DNA from: Haliotis cracherodii
Lineage: Eukaryota
Direction of reading: 5' to 3'
Assembly: GCF_022045235.1 (NCBI RefSeq)
Contig: NW_027266308.1
Location: forward strand, 9,734,001 to 9,798,000
DNA: 64,000 nucleotides
This document shows, one piece after another, positions 63,118-64,000 of this stretch (positions are counted from its first letter, which is position 1; every line of letters begins with the position of its first letter). The notes beneath the pieces were generated by a model, which was not told the origin of the DNA, did no database searches, and saw only the letters and a program-made list of their open reading frames with translations. The translations under genes were made by a program, and so were the position numbers.

Positions 63118-64000
63118 GCATCCCTGCAATGACATCACCACACCGTAGTCTGAATGAGCTATGCCATGGGATTATTGCCATGATTACATCAATGGAATGT
63201 TGATGCAAATTGCAAATTAAGGAGAATACCCATATGTGCAGATGTTTAAGCATCTGCTCAAGAGCATCAGCCAACATGTGGGACATTTTATGTTTTCTTA
63301 CACCATGGATGACACATCATAACTGCAGCTTTGATCTAGGTTAAACAAATTCCTTTTCTAAACCTGTAACTATGGTACATTGTTTGTATCATAAAAATAA
63401 CTTGTCACATTTATGATATCTGTCTTGATGTTACAACATAAAATCATAAGGCTGGAATCAATTACGATTTTCATCCACATCCTCGTCACTACCCTGCCTC
63501 ACATGTTTTTGTTCCCAAGACCGTACAGACGAAATAAAGTGCTATGTATAAAAAAATACACAATTTACTATGCCCCTCCAAACATACATGTAAATAAAAC
63601 GCATGAACACCACTGGACACATATCATGTACTAAGATGCCTTGAATATATTTTTTTTAAATATTAAAATATAAACATATTAATGCCTACTGCCATACCAC
63701 AGAATTTTGAAATGTTTGCATGAAAATAAAGTTCACAAATTTCCATCATATTGATAACATTAAAATGTCCTGACTCCTTAATACTGACTCCATAAATTCT
63801 CATACAGAGGACAGATCAGCAGCAAATGTTTTTCAACAACAGTTTTTAAACAAACATGTTTACAATATAAACAAATCTTTCCTAGTACAAAATATTTTCT
63901 CAATAAGTGAATTACGATTTTCAAAACAGAATTTACTTAAACATTTCTTAAATAACTGACTCAATATTTTCTAGATACTGTTCTGGTTGTAGCACTTATT

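Overview
Eukaryotic genomic DNA from an invertebrate animal, probably a mollusc (inferred from the repeat content, not proven). It is AT-rich, intron-rich, and has one assembly gap (about 5354-5962). Three spliced protein-coding genes can be reconstructed by hand with consistent GT-AG phases. TTC8/BBS8 (minus strand) has coding exons 1-7 at 25607->13586; its 3' exons were not found in the window. CNIH4-like cornichon (plus strand) is complete: 5 exons, 26044-30630, 144 aa, head-to-head with TTC8, and its first intron is U12-type. WDR26 (minus strand) has its last 12 coding exons at 59146->45440, with the 5' end outside the window. The rest is tRNA- and 5S-derived SINEs, MITEs, a deleted Tc1 transposon, an I-group LINE 3' fragment, hairpin elements and many minisatellites. 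Most long ORFs in the supplied track are repeat or gap artefacts. The most striking unexplained pattern is that most intronic minisatellites start at, or are built from, splice junctions, producing long arrays of decoy 5' splice sites. Also notable are a tandem array of Pol III A/B-box units, SINEs nested in older copies of their own family, and a dispersed AAGGG-x-AYAACT motif. No prokaryotic system or CRISPR array is present.
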